Positions 46,738 through 56,218 of a stretch of DNA of 64,000 bases are shown one piece after another. The position numbers were made by a program, and so were the translations under genes. The notes under the pieces were generated by a model. It saw only the letters and a list, made by a program, of their open reading frames with translations, had not been told where the DNA came from and made no database searches. The stretch spans positions 2,123 through 66,122 of the forward strand of contig JAKUUP010000006.1 of the NCBI GenBank assembly GCA_022447095.1, read 5' to 3'. Positions within the stretch are counted from its first letter, which is position 1. Every line of letters begins with the position of its first letter. Source of the DNA: Candidatus Thalassarchaeum betae (GTDB taxonomy: Archaea; Thermoplasmatota; Poseidoniia; Poseidoniales; Thalassarchaeaceae).

Positions 46738-47853
46738 TCATTTTCTGGTGATGATGGTGAGCAGATCCTCGTCCATGAGGACGTGGTCCAGCCCGACTCG
46801 CTGCCAGTCGAACTTGGCGCTCGGTCCCTTGACCCTAGCGTAGCGGAACTTGCGTACGAAGTCGCGGTGCAGTTTGACGCATACGTCGCGCACAGTTGAG
46901 GTATCCTTGACGATCAGAGGCTCTATGAGGTCAGCCTCCTTGCTCTGCGGCTTGAGGTATATCGACATGAAATGGAGGTTGTCGAAGATGAAGTCCTTCA
47001 TGTGCTCTATGCCTTCCCCCGTTTTGGCTGAGACCTCGAGGACCGGCCAACCCTCTGGCAGCAGCGACCTCGCCTCCTCGAGGTCTTTCTCGGTGGCCAA
47101 GTCTATCTTGTTCAGGACGATGACCGCGTGGCTGTAGATTCTGCTACCTGCCAAAGTGTCGACGATGTGATCGTCTGTGACATCGGTGCGCAGCGTCACG
47201 GTGGCAGAGACTATGCCGAAGCTGCGCACGATACCCTGTATCTCCTCCTCCGTCAGGTTGGTCTGCTCGAGCGTTGATCGGACCACTATTCCGCCCCTCC
47301 TCGTCCTCGTGATGAATACCTGAGGCGGATTCTGATTGAGCCTCATCCCAGATTTCCAGAGCTCGTGGTCGAGAATCTCGAAGTGAGCACCCTGGAAAGG
47401 GTCGACGACATACAGAACCATGTCCGTGCTGCGGATGACGTTGAGGATCTCACGACCCCGACCCTTGCCTTCGGCAGCCCCTTTGATTAGACCAGGCAGG
47501 TCGAGGATCTGAATCTTGGCACCGCGGTGTTCCATCAGGCCGGGTATGCAAGTCAGTGTGGTGAATGCGAAGTCACCGATGTTGGAGTCAGCCTCAGTCA
47601 ACTGGGAGATTAGGCTGGATTTTCCGACACTCGGGAAGCCGACCAGCGCAACCGAAGCATCGCCGGACTTCTTGACCTCGAAACCGGGGCCACCGCCGCT
47701 GGATTTGGCATGTGCCTGTGCTTTCTCCTTTCGGGCCTTAAGCGCGGCTATCTTGGCCTTGAGCTTGCCAATGTGGCCCTGAGTGGCCTTGTTGTACTTA
47801 GTCTTGGAAATCTCGTCCTCGAGGGACTTGATCTGCTCTTCTATGGTTGCCAG
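46738..47853 (-). CDS. DRG/Rbg-family GTPase with TGS domain
   Basis: YNKATQGHIGKLKAK, GFPSVGKS, FTTLT, DLPGLI and NKID. The start is uncertain (CTG 47853 or GTG 47889). Confidence 0.93.
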   Translation of the reverse strand: MATIEEQIKSLEDEISKTKYNKATQGHIGKLKAKIAALKARKEKAQAHAKSSGGGPGFEVKKSGDASVALVGFPSVGKSSLISQLTEADSNIGDFAFTTLTCIPGLMEHRGAKIQILDLPGLIKGAAEGKGRGREILNVIRSTDMVLYVVDPFQGAHFEILDHELWKSGMRLNQNPPQVFITRTRRGGIVVRSTLEQTNLTEEEIQGIVRSFGIVSATVTLRTDVTDDHIVDTLAGSRIYSHAVIVLNKIDLATEKDLEEARSLLPEGWPVLEVSAKTGEGIEHMKDFIFDNLHFMSIYLKPQSKEADLIEPLIVKDTSTVRDVCVKLHRDFVRKFRYARVKGPSAKFDWQRVGLDHVLMDEDLLTIITRK

Positions 47854-47990
47854 TACAATCCCTCCAGTGCCTTCCCGAACGCCACCCACGCCCCGCCTAG
47901 GGTTCTTGAAACCGGTGGCGTTCTAACGCTCGCCATAGGCGAGCGAGGGTTCTTTGGGTACCACCGGGTGGTGTGTTCAGGGCGAGTGCC

Positions 47991-48671
47991 GTGGCCGATG
48001 TGATGCTGCTTCTGGTTGATCGCGAGGCCTTCGATAGACTGTGCTCGATGCCTCTAGAACAGTTACTCGACGGTATGCAGGGACAAGCACTCAGGGATAG
48101 TCGTCCCGAGGCCGACCCGCGCTTCCACCGAGGCTTCGACGCCGATTTGGAAGGTGATGTATTGGAGTGGTCCGATGAGACAGAGGGAGCAGAGCCGGCA
48201 GTATCGCTATCAGAACAGCCAATCGACTCTGAGTCGGCCTGCGGGCTGGCATTAGCCCTAGCCCGTTGGTGCTCTATCGGAGAATGGCGATGCTGGGACG
48301 CCCGACTCTATCTCTACATCGAACCATTGCTAGACAGAAACTTCTCTGCCGAGGAGTTTCTCCGACCTGAGGTGTGGGCGGAGTTCTCTGAAGCCCTCGC
48401 CAATACCGATCGGGTTTCCTACTCAGAATCGGTTGTACTTGACTGGATGTCCCGCAGGCAGGAACTCGGCGAAACGATGGAGCCTTCCGAAGACCCTAGA
48501 ATCCTACCTACGATGGAGGCGCATCGAAGCGCCAGCGAATCCCTACACACCTTCCTTGACAGAGCCCGTCGCGAGGGGCTTTCCCTGCTGATCGGCAGAG
48601 AGTACCTCGAGCCAGGTCGATGGAACCTCGACTCAGAATCTCTCCATTCTGCTCTGGGGGCAACGGCATGA
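47991..48671 (+). CDS. hypothetical protein
   Basis: Long acidic ORF whose stop overlaps the next start (ATGA). Confidence 0.65.
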   Translation: MADVMLLLVDREAFDRLCSMPLEQLLDGMQGQALRDSRPEADPRFHRGFDADLEGDVLEWSDETEGAEPAVSLSEQPIDSESACGLALALARWCSIGEWRCWDARLYLYIEPLLDRNFSAEEFLRPEVWAEFSEALANTDRVSYSESVVLDWMSRRQELGETMEPSEDPRILPTMEAHRSASESLHTFLDRARREGLSLLIGREYLEPGRWNLDSESLHSALGATA

Positions 48672-49285
48672 TCGACCTGCCCCTGCACCCTGAGCCGCCA
48701 CCCTCGCCGCCCGACCCTGGCCTAGTCGTACTAGGCCGTTTCCAGCCCGTTCACCGTGGTCACGCATTGATGATAGCCGCCGCCGAGGAGTGGCGCTTGT
48801 CGAACACACCAGAACTTCAACTCATCATCGCCATCGGATCATCAAATCGCCCCGAGTCGATGGGGAATCCGTGGAGCGCTGAGGAGCGTGAGGCGATGCT
48901 GGGTGCTTGGCTGGCCGACAAGGATGGTTACGAAGATGTACTGACCGTGGCTATACCGGACATCGACGACCCTCCAAACTGGGTCGCTCACGCCGAGAAG
49001 TATCACGGTTCTGCCGGTGTTTTCTTCACCAGCGACCTGCCCTCTGCAGGTCTCTACGAGGCCGGTGGTTGGCAGGTCGTCATGACCTCTCTGGAAAAGC
49101 GCGAGCGGTTTGAGGGGTGGCGTGTGCGAGCCACGGCTCAGATGATGTCAACTATAGATGATGACGATGCGGTCCGAACAGTCCTCTCACCTGCCGTGCC
49201 GACTGCCGTGGTGGAACACCTAATCGAGACGCAGGGACTGCGCCGCCTCGCCTTCCTAGGCGAGGGCGGCGAACCGGTCGGCTAA
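48668..49285 (+). CDS. nadM: nicotinamide-nucleotide adenylyltransferase (NadM family)
   Basis: GRFQPVHRGH, IGSS, NPWSAEER and IPDI..W motifs. Confidence 0.85.
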   Translation: MIDLPLHPEPPPSPPDPGLVVLGRFQPVHRGHALMIAAAEEWRLSNTPELQLIIAIGSSNRPESMGNPWSAEEREAMLGAWLADKDGYEDVLTVAIPDIDDPPNWVAHAEKYHGSAGVFFTSDLPSAGLYEAGGWQVVMTSLEKRERFEGWRVRATAQMMSTIDDDDAVRTVLSPAVPTAVVEHLIETQGLRRLAFLGEGGEPVG

Positions 49286-51363
49286 TCCCAGATCCCTTCG
49301 AAGGTGCACGACCCGTCACATGTGTCACTAATCACTCCGGTGTCGAGGAAGTCGAATGCCATGGTATAGGCCGCTGGTTGGGGTACGAGTTGCCCATGTG
49401 CGTTGGAGTGATAGTCTAGGGATCCAGCGAGATTGCCAGTGGGAACCTCGGGGAAATTGCCGTCGAAGTATGCGACTCCTGAGCCCGTGATAGGCCCACT
49501 TACTACCTCCACGCCCCATGGATGCCAGGCGGAAGCCTCGAGATTTGCAAGGCCGCCTGTCCTGACGGCCCTGTCGCAACTCAAAGTCGCTACTTGGAAG
49601 TCGTTCATCGAGGTGATGTAGACCATCTGGAAGGGTTGAATCAACCCCTCTAGGCCATTCTCGTGGTATGGTAGGAAGGTCTCCGCATCAGTTGAATCCC
49701 AGAGGGACTGCATCGCAGCTATCATGATACCCCTGTCGTTCCTAGATGGGTATGCTATGCTCTCGGTGAAAAGCAACTCGAAGGTAATGTAGTGGGTAGA
49801 CCTCTCGATTTGGTGAGTGAAAGAGGATCCTCCTACCCACAGCACTCCGCGGTCCACCTCGGGAACCATGCTCATCAATGCAGGGCCACGGAGCCCTCCA
49901 AAGGATACTCCCCAGTAGTTCACATCCGAGACATCAACCAGATTGGTGCCTTCGTGTTGGAACTCCGGGAGATTCGCGCACACGCCGGTGAATGTCCGCA
50001 TCATAGCGAGGTTGTTGACTATCGACTGCATGTGTCGCTCTTGCTGGTGCTGGAAGTACTCGACGTTGATCAGGGAGTAGGTCAGAGCATCAAAATCGCC
50101 ATCAGAGCTCCATCCCTTCCAATCTGTCCCAATCATCACTCTGCCAGTCATGTTTGCGAACACCCGGTTGGCCAGAACCATGCCATCTCCGTCGCCCATG
50201 AAGCCATGGCCGAGAATTGTCATAGATCCAGAGCGACCCTCCTCGGCCAGAATCTGTGGGATGAGGATGGCGAAGACCACTTCTCGGAATTCGATGAATT
50301 CAGGGGATCCGCTCGCATCCCTGCGCATCGCTGCAGGCGGGTAGTCAGATTCCATGTACTGAGGGGTGCTGAATGTGCCTCGAATCAGGCGAAAAGTCGT
50401 ATTGTCCTCCCCGTAGTCTTCGACGACCTCGGTGACGTTGCAACCTACTCCATCGTCTCCAAGCCTCTGGGATGCATCGTCGCGCATGGTTACCATGTCC
50501 TGCAGGATGGAAGCTGTCGAGGCGGTGTGGAAGAACCAGGATGCCTGCAGCGTGGACCTGTCGACCCCAGCCTCCCCAAGGGAAGTGAACAGTTCCTCGT
50601 AATCGGCGCGCTGTGACTCAATTTGCGGTGAGTCAGTAGTCAGGCCGTCCCTGAGTGCGACGAAAGCATCGGAACCCTCAATCGAATTCCCCTCTGAATC
50701 TACCAGATTGCGGTAAGCGACTCCGTAGGATGCATCGTGGTCGAGACCGCGAACTGTGCGGATGTAGACGAAGGTCGGCTCATCATCTTGGCTCCTCATG
50801 TCGATTTCGACCCAGTGCGGCAGGAGCTCTCCCGTATCGAGGTTCATCAGCAATGTGCCGTGCGTTGGGTCGAGTGAGTCGCCGATACTGTACTGGTCAG
50901 CCATGCCGGAAACGTCCGGAGTAGATTCGAATGTGGTGAATATCTGCGTGGAGGGGCTGTAGCCGTCCAGTCTGTTGATCATGTGGAACTCATCAGATGG
51001 AATTGAACCGGAATCGGGAATCGCCTCACCCGGGATATGCAACCTGTAACCAGTGGCCGTGGTTCCGTCATTTACGAGGAAAGCAGGAGCTGGGAAGGGA
51101 AGCATGCAGTGGTGTGGATTGACATCATCGCAGAACTCTGACTGCGAGGCCAGTACCACATCTGGCTCCGGCTCGGGGTAGGTGCAGGATCTGTCGGGTA
51201 CGGTGGCATGGGGATTGTAGTTGCTCGCGTTCTCATCCATGCAACCGGGCACATCGTCAATCGGCATTGGCTCTTCGAGCAAGCCGGTGGGTTGGGTGCA
51301 ACCCGACAGCAGCATGGAAATAACAAGCAGAATGGCCACCCTAGTCTTGGTTTTTTGACTCAT
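49282..51363 (-). CDS. lipoprotein, extracellular lipase-like alpha/beta hydrolase
   Basis: Lipobox LSGC; GCMD..ASNYNP.AT..D.SC module; LPFP..N.LDGYS N-domain; GHG; nucleophile GVSFG; late His (NAHG). Confidence 0.78.
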   Translation of the reverse strand: MSQKTKTRVAILLVISMLLSGCTQPTGLLEEPMPIDDVPGCMDENASNYNPHATVPDRSCTYPEPEPDVVLASQSEFCDDVNPHHCMLPFPAPAFLVNDGTTATGYRLHIPGEAIPDSGSIPSDEFHMINRLDGYSPSTQIFTTFESTPDVSGMADQYSIGDSLDPTHGTLLMNLDTGELLPHWVEIDMRSQDDEPTFVYIRTVRGLDHDASYGVAYRNLVDSEGNSIEGSDAFVALRDGLTTDSPQIESQRADYEELFTSLGEAGVDRSTLQASWFFHTASTASILQDMVTMRDDASQRLGDDGVGCNVTEVVEDYGEDNTTFRLIRGTFSTPQYMESDYPPAAMRRDASGSPEFIEFREVVFAILIPQILAEEGRSGSMTILGHGFMGDGDGMVLANRVFANMTGRVMIGTDWKGWSSDGDFDALTYSLINVEYFQHQQERHMQSIVNNLAMMRTFTGVCANLPEFQHEGTNLVDVSDVNYWGVSFGGLRGPALMSMVPEVDRGVLWVGGSSFTHQIERSTHYITFELLFTESIAYPSRNDRGIMIAAMQSLWDSTDAETFLPYHENGLEGLIQPFQMVYITSMNDFQVATLSCDRAVRTGGLANLEASAWHPWGVEVVSGPITGSGVAYFDGNFPEVPTGNLAGSLDYHSNAHGQLVPQPAAYTMAFDFLDTGVISDTCDGSCTFEGIWD

Positions 51364-51400
51364 CGAGCCTGTGAAGAGTGAAGTGGTTATCAAATGCCCG

Positions 51401-52465
51401 TCAGGATGAGAGTATCCTGTGGAAGTGGTGAATTCCAGTCTCCTTGGTTGGCGAGTAGCGCCCTCTATCGTACGCCCCGGCCGCAACTCCCCTCTGAGTG
51501 GCCTCCACTATCCCTTGGTCTTCGTCCTCGACCTTGTCGAGGTCGCCCCCGGCCCCTCTGCCGAGTTTCGAACGATCCCAGACGAAGCCGTGGTAGACTA
51601 TTCTGGTCCGGCCGACAGAGAGCGGGATGACGAGGTTCACAGAGAGCCCCCAGGGGTAGAAGTTCAGCATTACACCGGGGTACAGCCAGTAGTAGTAGGC
51701 GGCGATCCGCTGATCGTGATCGGGTGACGACTCTGGTAACTCAAAGCATGCTTCACCCCCGCGTGCGATTCCTACCTGCAGTACCCCTCCCTCAAACAAC
51801 TCGGTCCTGTAAGAGTCGTAGTCGAGCTCCTCGTGAAGGTCGCCGTGGACGTACGGGATGTGAAAACCCTCGAGATAGTTGTCTACATATAGCGCCCAGT
51901 TGGCGTTGATGTCATACGAGCGGTGGCGCGATGGGTCGTGCTCGAACGACTCGATCGGCATCCAACCGATCCTCGACTCAAGCTCGTCTAGACAGTTTTC
52001 GAAGCGACTCGGCTCGGTACCGGCGAACAGTAGTCCCTTCCAGCGCCTTAGAGCAAATTCGACTAGATTGTCGGAGGCAGTAGGAAAACTCTCCACTCCG
52101 TCGAACTCGGGCATGTTGCGGAAGCAACCGTCGAGCCCGAAGGTGCGGCCGTGATAACCACAACGCAGAGTCGTCGCGCTGCACCCCTCGGTGGCCACCA
52201 ACATCCCGCGGTGGGTGCAAACGTTGGACAGGCACCTGATGCCATCGTCTCGGGTCAGAAGCATCGGCTCGCCGACCACATGCTCCATATGATCCAGTGG
52301 CAGGACATTGTTCACTGTCAGTTGACTTTCGTGTGCCGCGAAGTGCCAGCAGTCAGCGAATCCGCCTACTATCTCTGAGAAAACCGACTCATCGGTATAA
52401 TATCGGGACGGCAGCGTCCGCGCCTTCGCAATATCCGCTTCGATGATACACTCTTCCGACATCAC
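51401..52465 (-). CDS. Rieske non-heme iron oxygenase alpha subunit (choline monooxygenase-like)
   Basis: NVCTHRG and CGYHG (Rieske); NW..YVDNYLEGFHIPYVH; EDQ.IVE..Q.G. Confidence 0.9.
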   Translation of the reverse strand: MMSEECIIEADIAKARTLPSRYYTDESVFSEIVGGFADCWHFAAHESQLTVNNVLPLDHMEHVVGEPMLLTRDDGIRCLSNVCTHRGMLVATEGCSATTLRCGYHGRTFGLDGCFRNMPEFDGVESFPTASDNLVEFALRRWKGLLFAGTEPSRFENCLDELESRIGWMPIESFEHDPSRHRSYDINANWALYVDNYLEGFHIPYVHGDLHEELDYDSYRTELFEGGVLQVGIARGGEACFELPESSPDHDQRIAAYYYWLYPGVMLNFYPWGLSVNLVIPLSVGRTRIVYHGFVWDRSKLGRGAGGDLDKVEDEDQGIVEATQRGVAAGAYDRGRYSPTKETGIHHFHRILSS

Positions 52466-52968
52466 TCGCCCTCGGCCACTATCACTCTAGCGGCGCGAAG
52501 GACGCGGTCATGGTACATGTAACCGACCTCGACGACCTCGATAACACTCCCGGGTTCTGATCCGTCGGGGGCAGGGACGGTAGCGATAGCCTCCATGTTC
52601 GTCGGGTCAAATGTCGAATCCACCTCTATCTTGGTGACTCCCTCGGCTTTCAAGGCGGCCATGGCGCCTTTGAACGTCAGTCTGACCCCCTCTCGCAGTC
52701 CGTCGGAATCACCACCCTCGGAAGTATCCAGTGCCTTCTCGAGGCTATCTAACAGAGGGAGCATCCTGAGAGCCATCGACATACCGCCGTAGCGCATCGC
52801 CTCCGAGCGCTCCCGAGCGGCACGCTGGCGTGTATTCACCATCTCGGCGGCGGAGTACTGAAGCTCCTCTTCGAGTTCTGCGACCTTTGACTCGAGCACC
52901 TCTACCGGGTCTGCCTCGGTATCCTCGTCGACGGCCTCTGGGGCAACGTCCTCGACTTCATCGGGCAC
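52462..52968 (-). CDS. grpE: nucleotide exchange factor GrpE
   Basis: AEMVNTRQR, LPLLDSLEKA, FDP..MEA and GY...RVLRAARV motifs. Confidence 0.93.
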   Translation of the reverse strand: MPDEVEDVAPEAVDEDTEADPVEVLESKVAELEEELQYSAAEMVNTRQRAARERSEAMRYGGMSMALRMLPLLDSLEKALDTSEGGDSDGLREGVRLTFKGAMAALKAEGVTKIEVDSTFDPTNMEAIATVPAPDGSEPGSVIEVVEVGYMYHDRVLRAARVIVAEGE

Positions 52969-53011
52969 ACTCCGGCGTCCGAGGACTCATTCAATAATCC
53001 AATGGTTTGCA

Positions 53012-54790
53012 TCACTGTGCGTAGAAGTATTCCCCGCTCGCCTTCTGCTCGCGGTCCTTCACGCTGCCTGTCTTGTTTATTCTAGGTCTGTAAGAGTCAT
53101 GATCGCGTCGGAAAGTGACGTCCACATCCGCTAGGAAGCGGTTCATCCCCTTGCGCAGGCTCAGAGGTCCTACGGCGTTGCCGTTGCTGCCGCCCTCGCC
53201 GTCGAAGACCAACAGAGAATCACTGACGATGTCGATGAAGTAGATGTCGTGGTCGATGACCATCGCCGCCTTCTCATTACCCTCCATCGTCCTGCGGATG
53301 GCCTTTGCCGCCTCCATCCTAGCGTTGGCATCCAGATGGGCGCTCGGCTCGTCGAGCAAGTAGAGGTCGGCCTCCTTGCCGAGGCAGATGGTGATGCTGA
53401 CGGCCTGTAGTTCGCCTCCTGAAAGTTTCTTGGCCTGCAACTCGAGCATCTTGTCGACTTGCAGAGTGCGCACGACTTGAGTATGGAATTCACCCGTGCG
53501 CCACCTGTTGCCCAGCTCGGTGTCGAGCCAGTCCTGTACAGTCCCCTCGAATTCAGTACTGACATGCTGGGGCTTGTATGAGACCTTGGCGTCCATCGTG
53601 CACCATCCCTCGTCGGGTTCCATCTCTCCCGCGATGATTCTGACCATAGTGGTCTTGCCAGTGGCATTGGGGCCCACTACTCCTACGACTTCTGCGGACT
53701 TGACCTCTCCCTGACCGGTCTTGAGGTGGAAGTCGCCCAGTGTCTTCTCGATGTCGCCCCACTTTAGTACGGGCGCCCCTGCCTCCTCTCCGCGAGTGCG
53801 CCCCCGCAGGAACTGGATGGGCTTGTCGCGTATTCTGATATTCTCCTCGGGCAGGAAACCGTCGAGGTATGCGTTGATCGCTGTGCGAGTTGATCGTGGA
53901 GGGGTGAATATACCGTAGGCCGCCCTTTCGCCGTAGACCACGTGCAGAAGGTCGCATAGCACATCAAGTATGGCCAGGTCGTGCTCCACGACTATGACGC
54001 GCTTGCCACGCCCGGCTAGCTCCTGTATGATGCGCACCATGCGCACCCTCTCATGGATGTCGAGGTAAGATGATGGCTCGTCGAAGAAATAGACCTCGGC
54101 TTCCTTGAGTAGTGTAGCGCATAGGGCGACGCGCTGCAATTCCCCCCCTGAAAGCGCACCCAGTTTGCGCTCGAGGACGTGCTCGATTGCGAGCATCCCC
54201 GCGTACTCAGACAGTTCTCCGCGGTCATCGACCCGCTCGAGCAACTCGCGGACCTCGCCATCGAAGATCTTAGGCAACTTGTCGATGTACTGCGGCTTGA
54301 CGGCGACTGTGACGCCTTCGTTTGCGACCATCTCCAGATAGTCGCGCAGCTCCCCGCGAGGAAACGTCTCAAGAATACCTCCCCAGTCCCGCGAGTCGAC
54401 CGTCCAATCCCCAAGATTAGGCTGAATAGTCCCGGCTAGGAGATTCACCGCGGTGGATTTACCCATCCCATTGGGCCCAAGGATACCGACAACTTGCTCC
54501 TCCCGTGGTGCGGGCAGACGGAACAGACGGAAACCATTCTCGCCATAGCGATGAGTCATCTCGCCTTCCAACTCCTCAGGCAGGTTTGTGATGATGAGAG
54601 CATCGAACGGGCACTTGTTGACGCAGATTCCGCAACCGATGCACAGCGCCTCGGAGACCAGCGGCTTGCCGCTCGAGTCATCGAGGACTATGCACTCGAT
54701 GCCATTGCGCACAGGAGGGCAGAAGGCCCAGCACTCGGCGTTGCACTTCTTGGGCTGACAACGGTCCTCCAGAAGTACTGCCACCCTCAT
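53012..54790 (-). CDS. ribosome recycling ATPase ABCE1/Rli1
   Basis: N-terminal Fe-S Cys motifs (CQPKKC, CIGCGICVNKCPF) and two ABC domains with LSGGELQ. Confidence 0.97.
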   Translation of the reverse strand: MRVAVLLEDRCQPKKCNAECWAFCPPVRNGIECIVLDDSSGKPLVSEALCIGCGICVNKCPFDALIITNLPEELEGEMTHRYGENGFRLFRLPAPREEQVVGILGPNGMGKSTAVNLLAGTIQPNLGDWTVDSRDWGGILETFPRGELRDYLEMVANEGVTVAVKPQYIDKLPKIFDGEVRELLERVDDRGELSEYAGMLAIEHVLERKLGALSGGELQRVALCATLLKEAEVYFFDEPSSYLDIHERVRMVRIIQELAGRGKRVIVVEHDLAILDVLCDLLHVVYGERAAYGIFTPPRSTRTAINAYLDGFLPEENIRIRDKPIQFLRGRTRGEEAGAPVLKWGDIEKTLGDFHLKTGQGEVKSAEVVGVVGPNATGKTTMVRIIAGEMEPDEGWCTMDAKVSYKPQHVSTEFEGTVQDWLDTELGNRWRTGEFHTQVVRTLQVDKMLELQAKKLSGGELQAVSITICLGKEADLYLLDEPSAHLDANARMEAAKAIRRTMEGNEKAAMVIDHDIYFIDIVSDSLLVFDGEGGSNGNAVGPLSLRKGMNRFLADVDVTFRRDHDSYRPRINKTGSVKDREQKASGEYFYAQ

Positions 54791-54858
54791 GCTGCTTCCC
54801 CCGTTACGATTCACTCAATATTTCTTCTGTGTGGCTTGCCATAGGCAGCCGCTTCTGC

Positions 54859-56109
54859 TCAGAGTGCGAGAAAGCGGTAGCGCACGTACACGTACGCAGC
54901 AAAAACCATCTTCTCGGCCTTGCTAAGTTGAATCCTCTCAGTGAAGACGTCTCCGCCACTCTTCTGGATCTTCTTGAGAATAGACTGGTAGAAGGTCGCC
55001 ATAGCGGCAGGCGAGTAGCGTGACGACCTGTCGAGAAGCGGGAACAGCTTGAATGCCTTCTCGCGGTACCTGTCGCACCTCTCGATGTATTCGTCAACGA
55101 ACGGCTTCCAACCGGGATGCTTGAGCAGCTCCTTACCGCTCTTGATGTCATCTTCGGTGATGCCAAAACGGTCGAGGTCTTCGAGAGGCAGGTATATCCT
55201 GTCGCGCTCGGCGTCCTCGGCGACATCGCGCAGGATGTTGGTGAGTTGCATGAAGACGCCCCAAGCTTCGGCGTACTCGCGCGCCCTAGGGTCGTCGTAG
55301 CCGTAAATCTCGATACAGACGAGTCCGACGGTGGAAGCCACCCTGTAGCAGTAGGAGTAGAGGTCCTCGAAGGTCTGGTAACGATTGCGGTGGAAATCAT
55401 CCTCCATGCCGCTGACCATGTCATCGAGCATCTGGCGTGGGATTCCGAAAGTCTCGACCGTGTCTTTCATCGCCATGAAGATAGGGTCGGTCGAGGTAAC
55501 GTCCCCATAGGCAGTGGAGAGTTTCTTCCTGTAGTAGAACAACTGCGACATCTTGTCGTTGTAGGCAGAGCGGTCAACGACTGGTCTGCCGGCGCTGAGA
55601 AGCTCGATCTTAGCCCTGTAGTTGATGGCTTCCGGCTCGTCAGAGGAACCGCCAGGGAAGATGTCGACGTAATCTCCATCGGCGATGTCATCGGCCCGCC
55701 GGCAGAATGCGTAGTACGCCATGATGGCACGGCGCTCTAGGTCAGGCAGATACTTGAACGAGTGGTAGAAGTTGCCGGCCTCCCTTCTAGTGAGCTCCTC
55801 GCAGTAATCGTATGCGGTCTCAGTCATGCGCTCGGGGACATCCGGTTCGGACCAAATCGCGGCATCGATGTGGCTGAATGGATTGACCAACTCGCCTCTG
55901 CTGCCGATAACTCCCATGAAGAGCGCGCCTTCGCGAACCGCCTCGAGCGCTGTGATGCTGATTACGCGAGCCGCTTCCTTGGTCAGATTGACCGCAGAGC
56001 GGACCCTCTCGATACCTCGTGGCTCCTCGTCTGCATCGTACAGGGATATGCTCTGCTCAAGGCCTAATTTGGCGTCGGTGGCCAAATCTGAATCCTGACG
56101 CTGAGCCAT
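54859..56109 (-). CDS. phytoene synthase-like (CrtB/HpnD) head-to-head prenyl synthase
   Basis: NFY..F..LP, YAFCRRADDIAD, YCYRVASTVG and QLTNILRDVAED..RIYLP motifs. Confidence 0.88.
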   Translation of the reverse strand: MAQRQDSDLATDAKLGLEQSISLYDADEEPRGIERVRSAVNLTKEAARVISITALEAVREGALFMGVIGSRGELVNPFSHIDAAIWSEPDVPERMTETAYDYCEELTRREAGNFYHSFKYLPDLERRAIMAYYAFCRRADDIADGDYVDIFPGGSSDEPEAINYRAKIELLSAGRPVVDRSAYNDKMSQLFYYRKKLSTAYGDVTSTDPIFMAMKDTVETFGIPRQMLDDMVSGMEDDFHRNRYQTFEDLYSYCYRVASTVGLVCIEIYGYDDPRAREYAEAWGVFMQLTNILRDVAEDAERDRIYLPLEDLDRFGITEDDIKSGKELLKHPGWKPFVDEYIERCDRYREKAFKLFPLLDRSSRYSPAAMATFYQSILKKIQKSGGDVFTERIQLSKAEKMVFAAYVYVRYRFLAL

Positions 56110-56218
56110 GCTATTCCCGAATCGAGCGACCGCAGCCTGCCTTTGAACCTCTCCCTCGTGCGCGCGGGTCGCGCGTCGTGCGGTCCCTAGGACCGCAGTA
56201 ACACATTTCTTGCGATAC

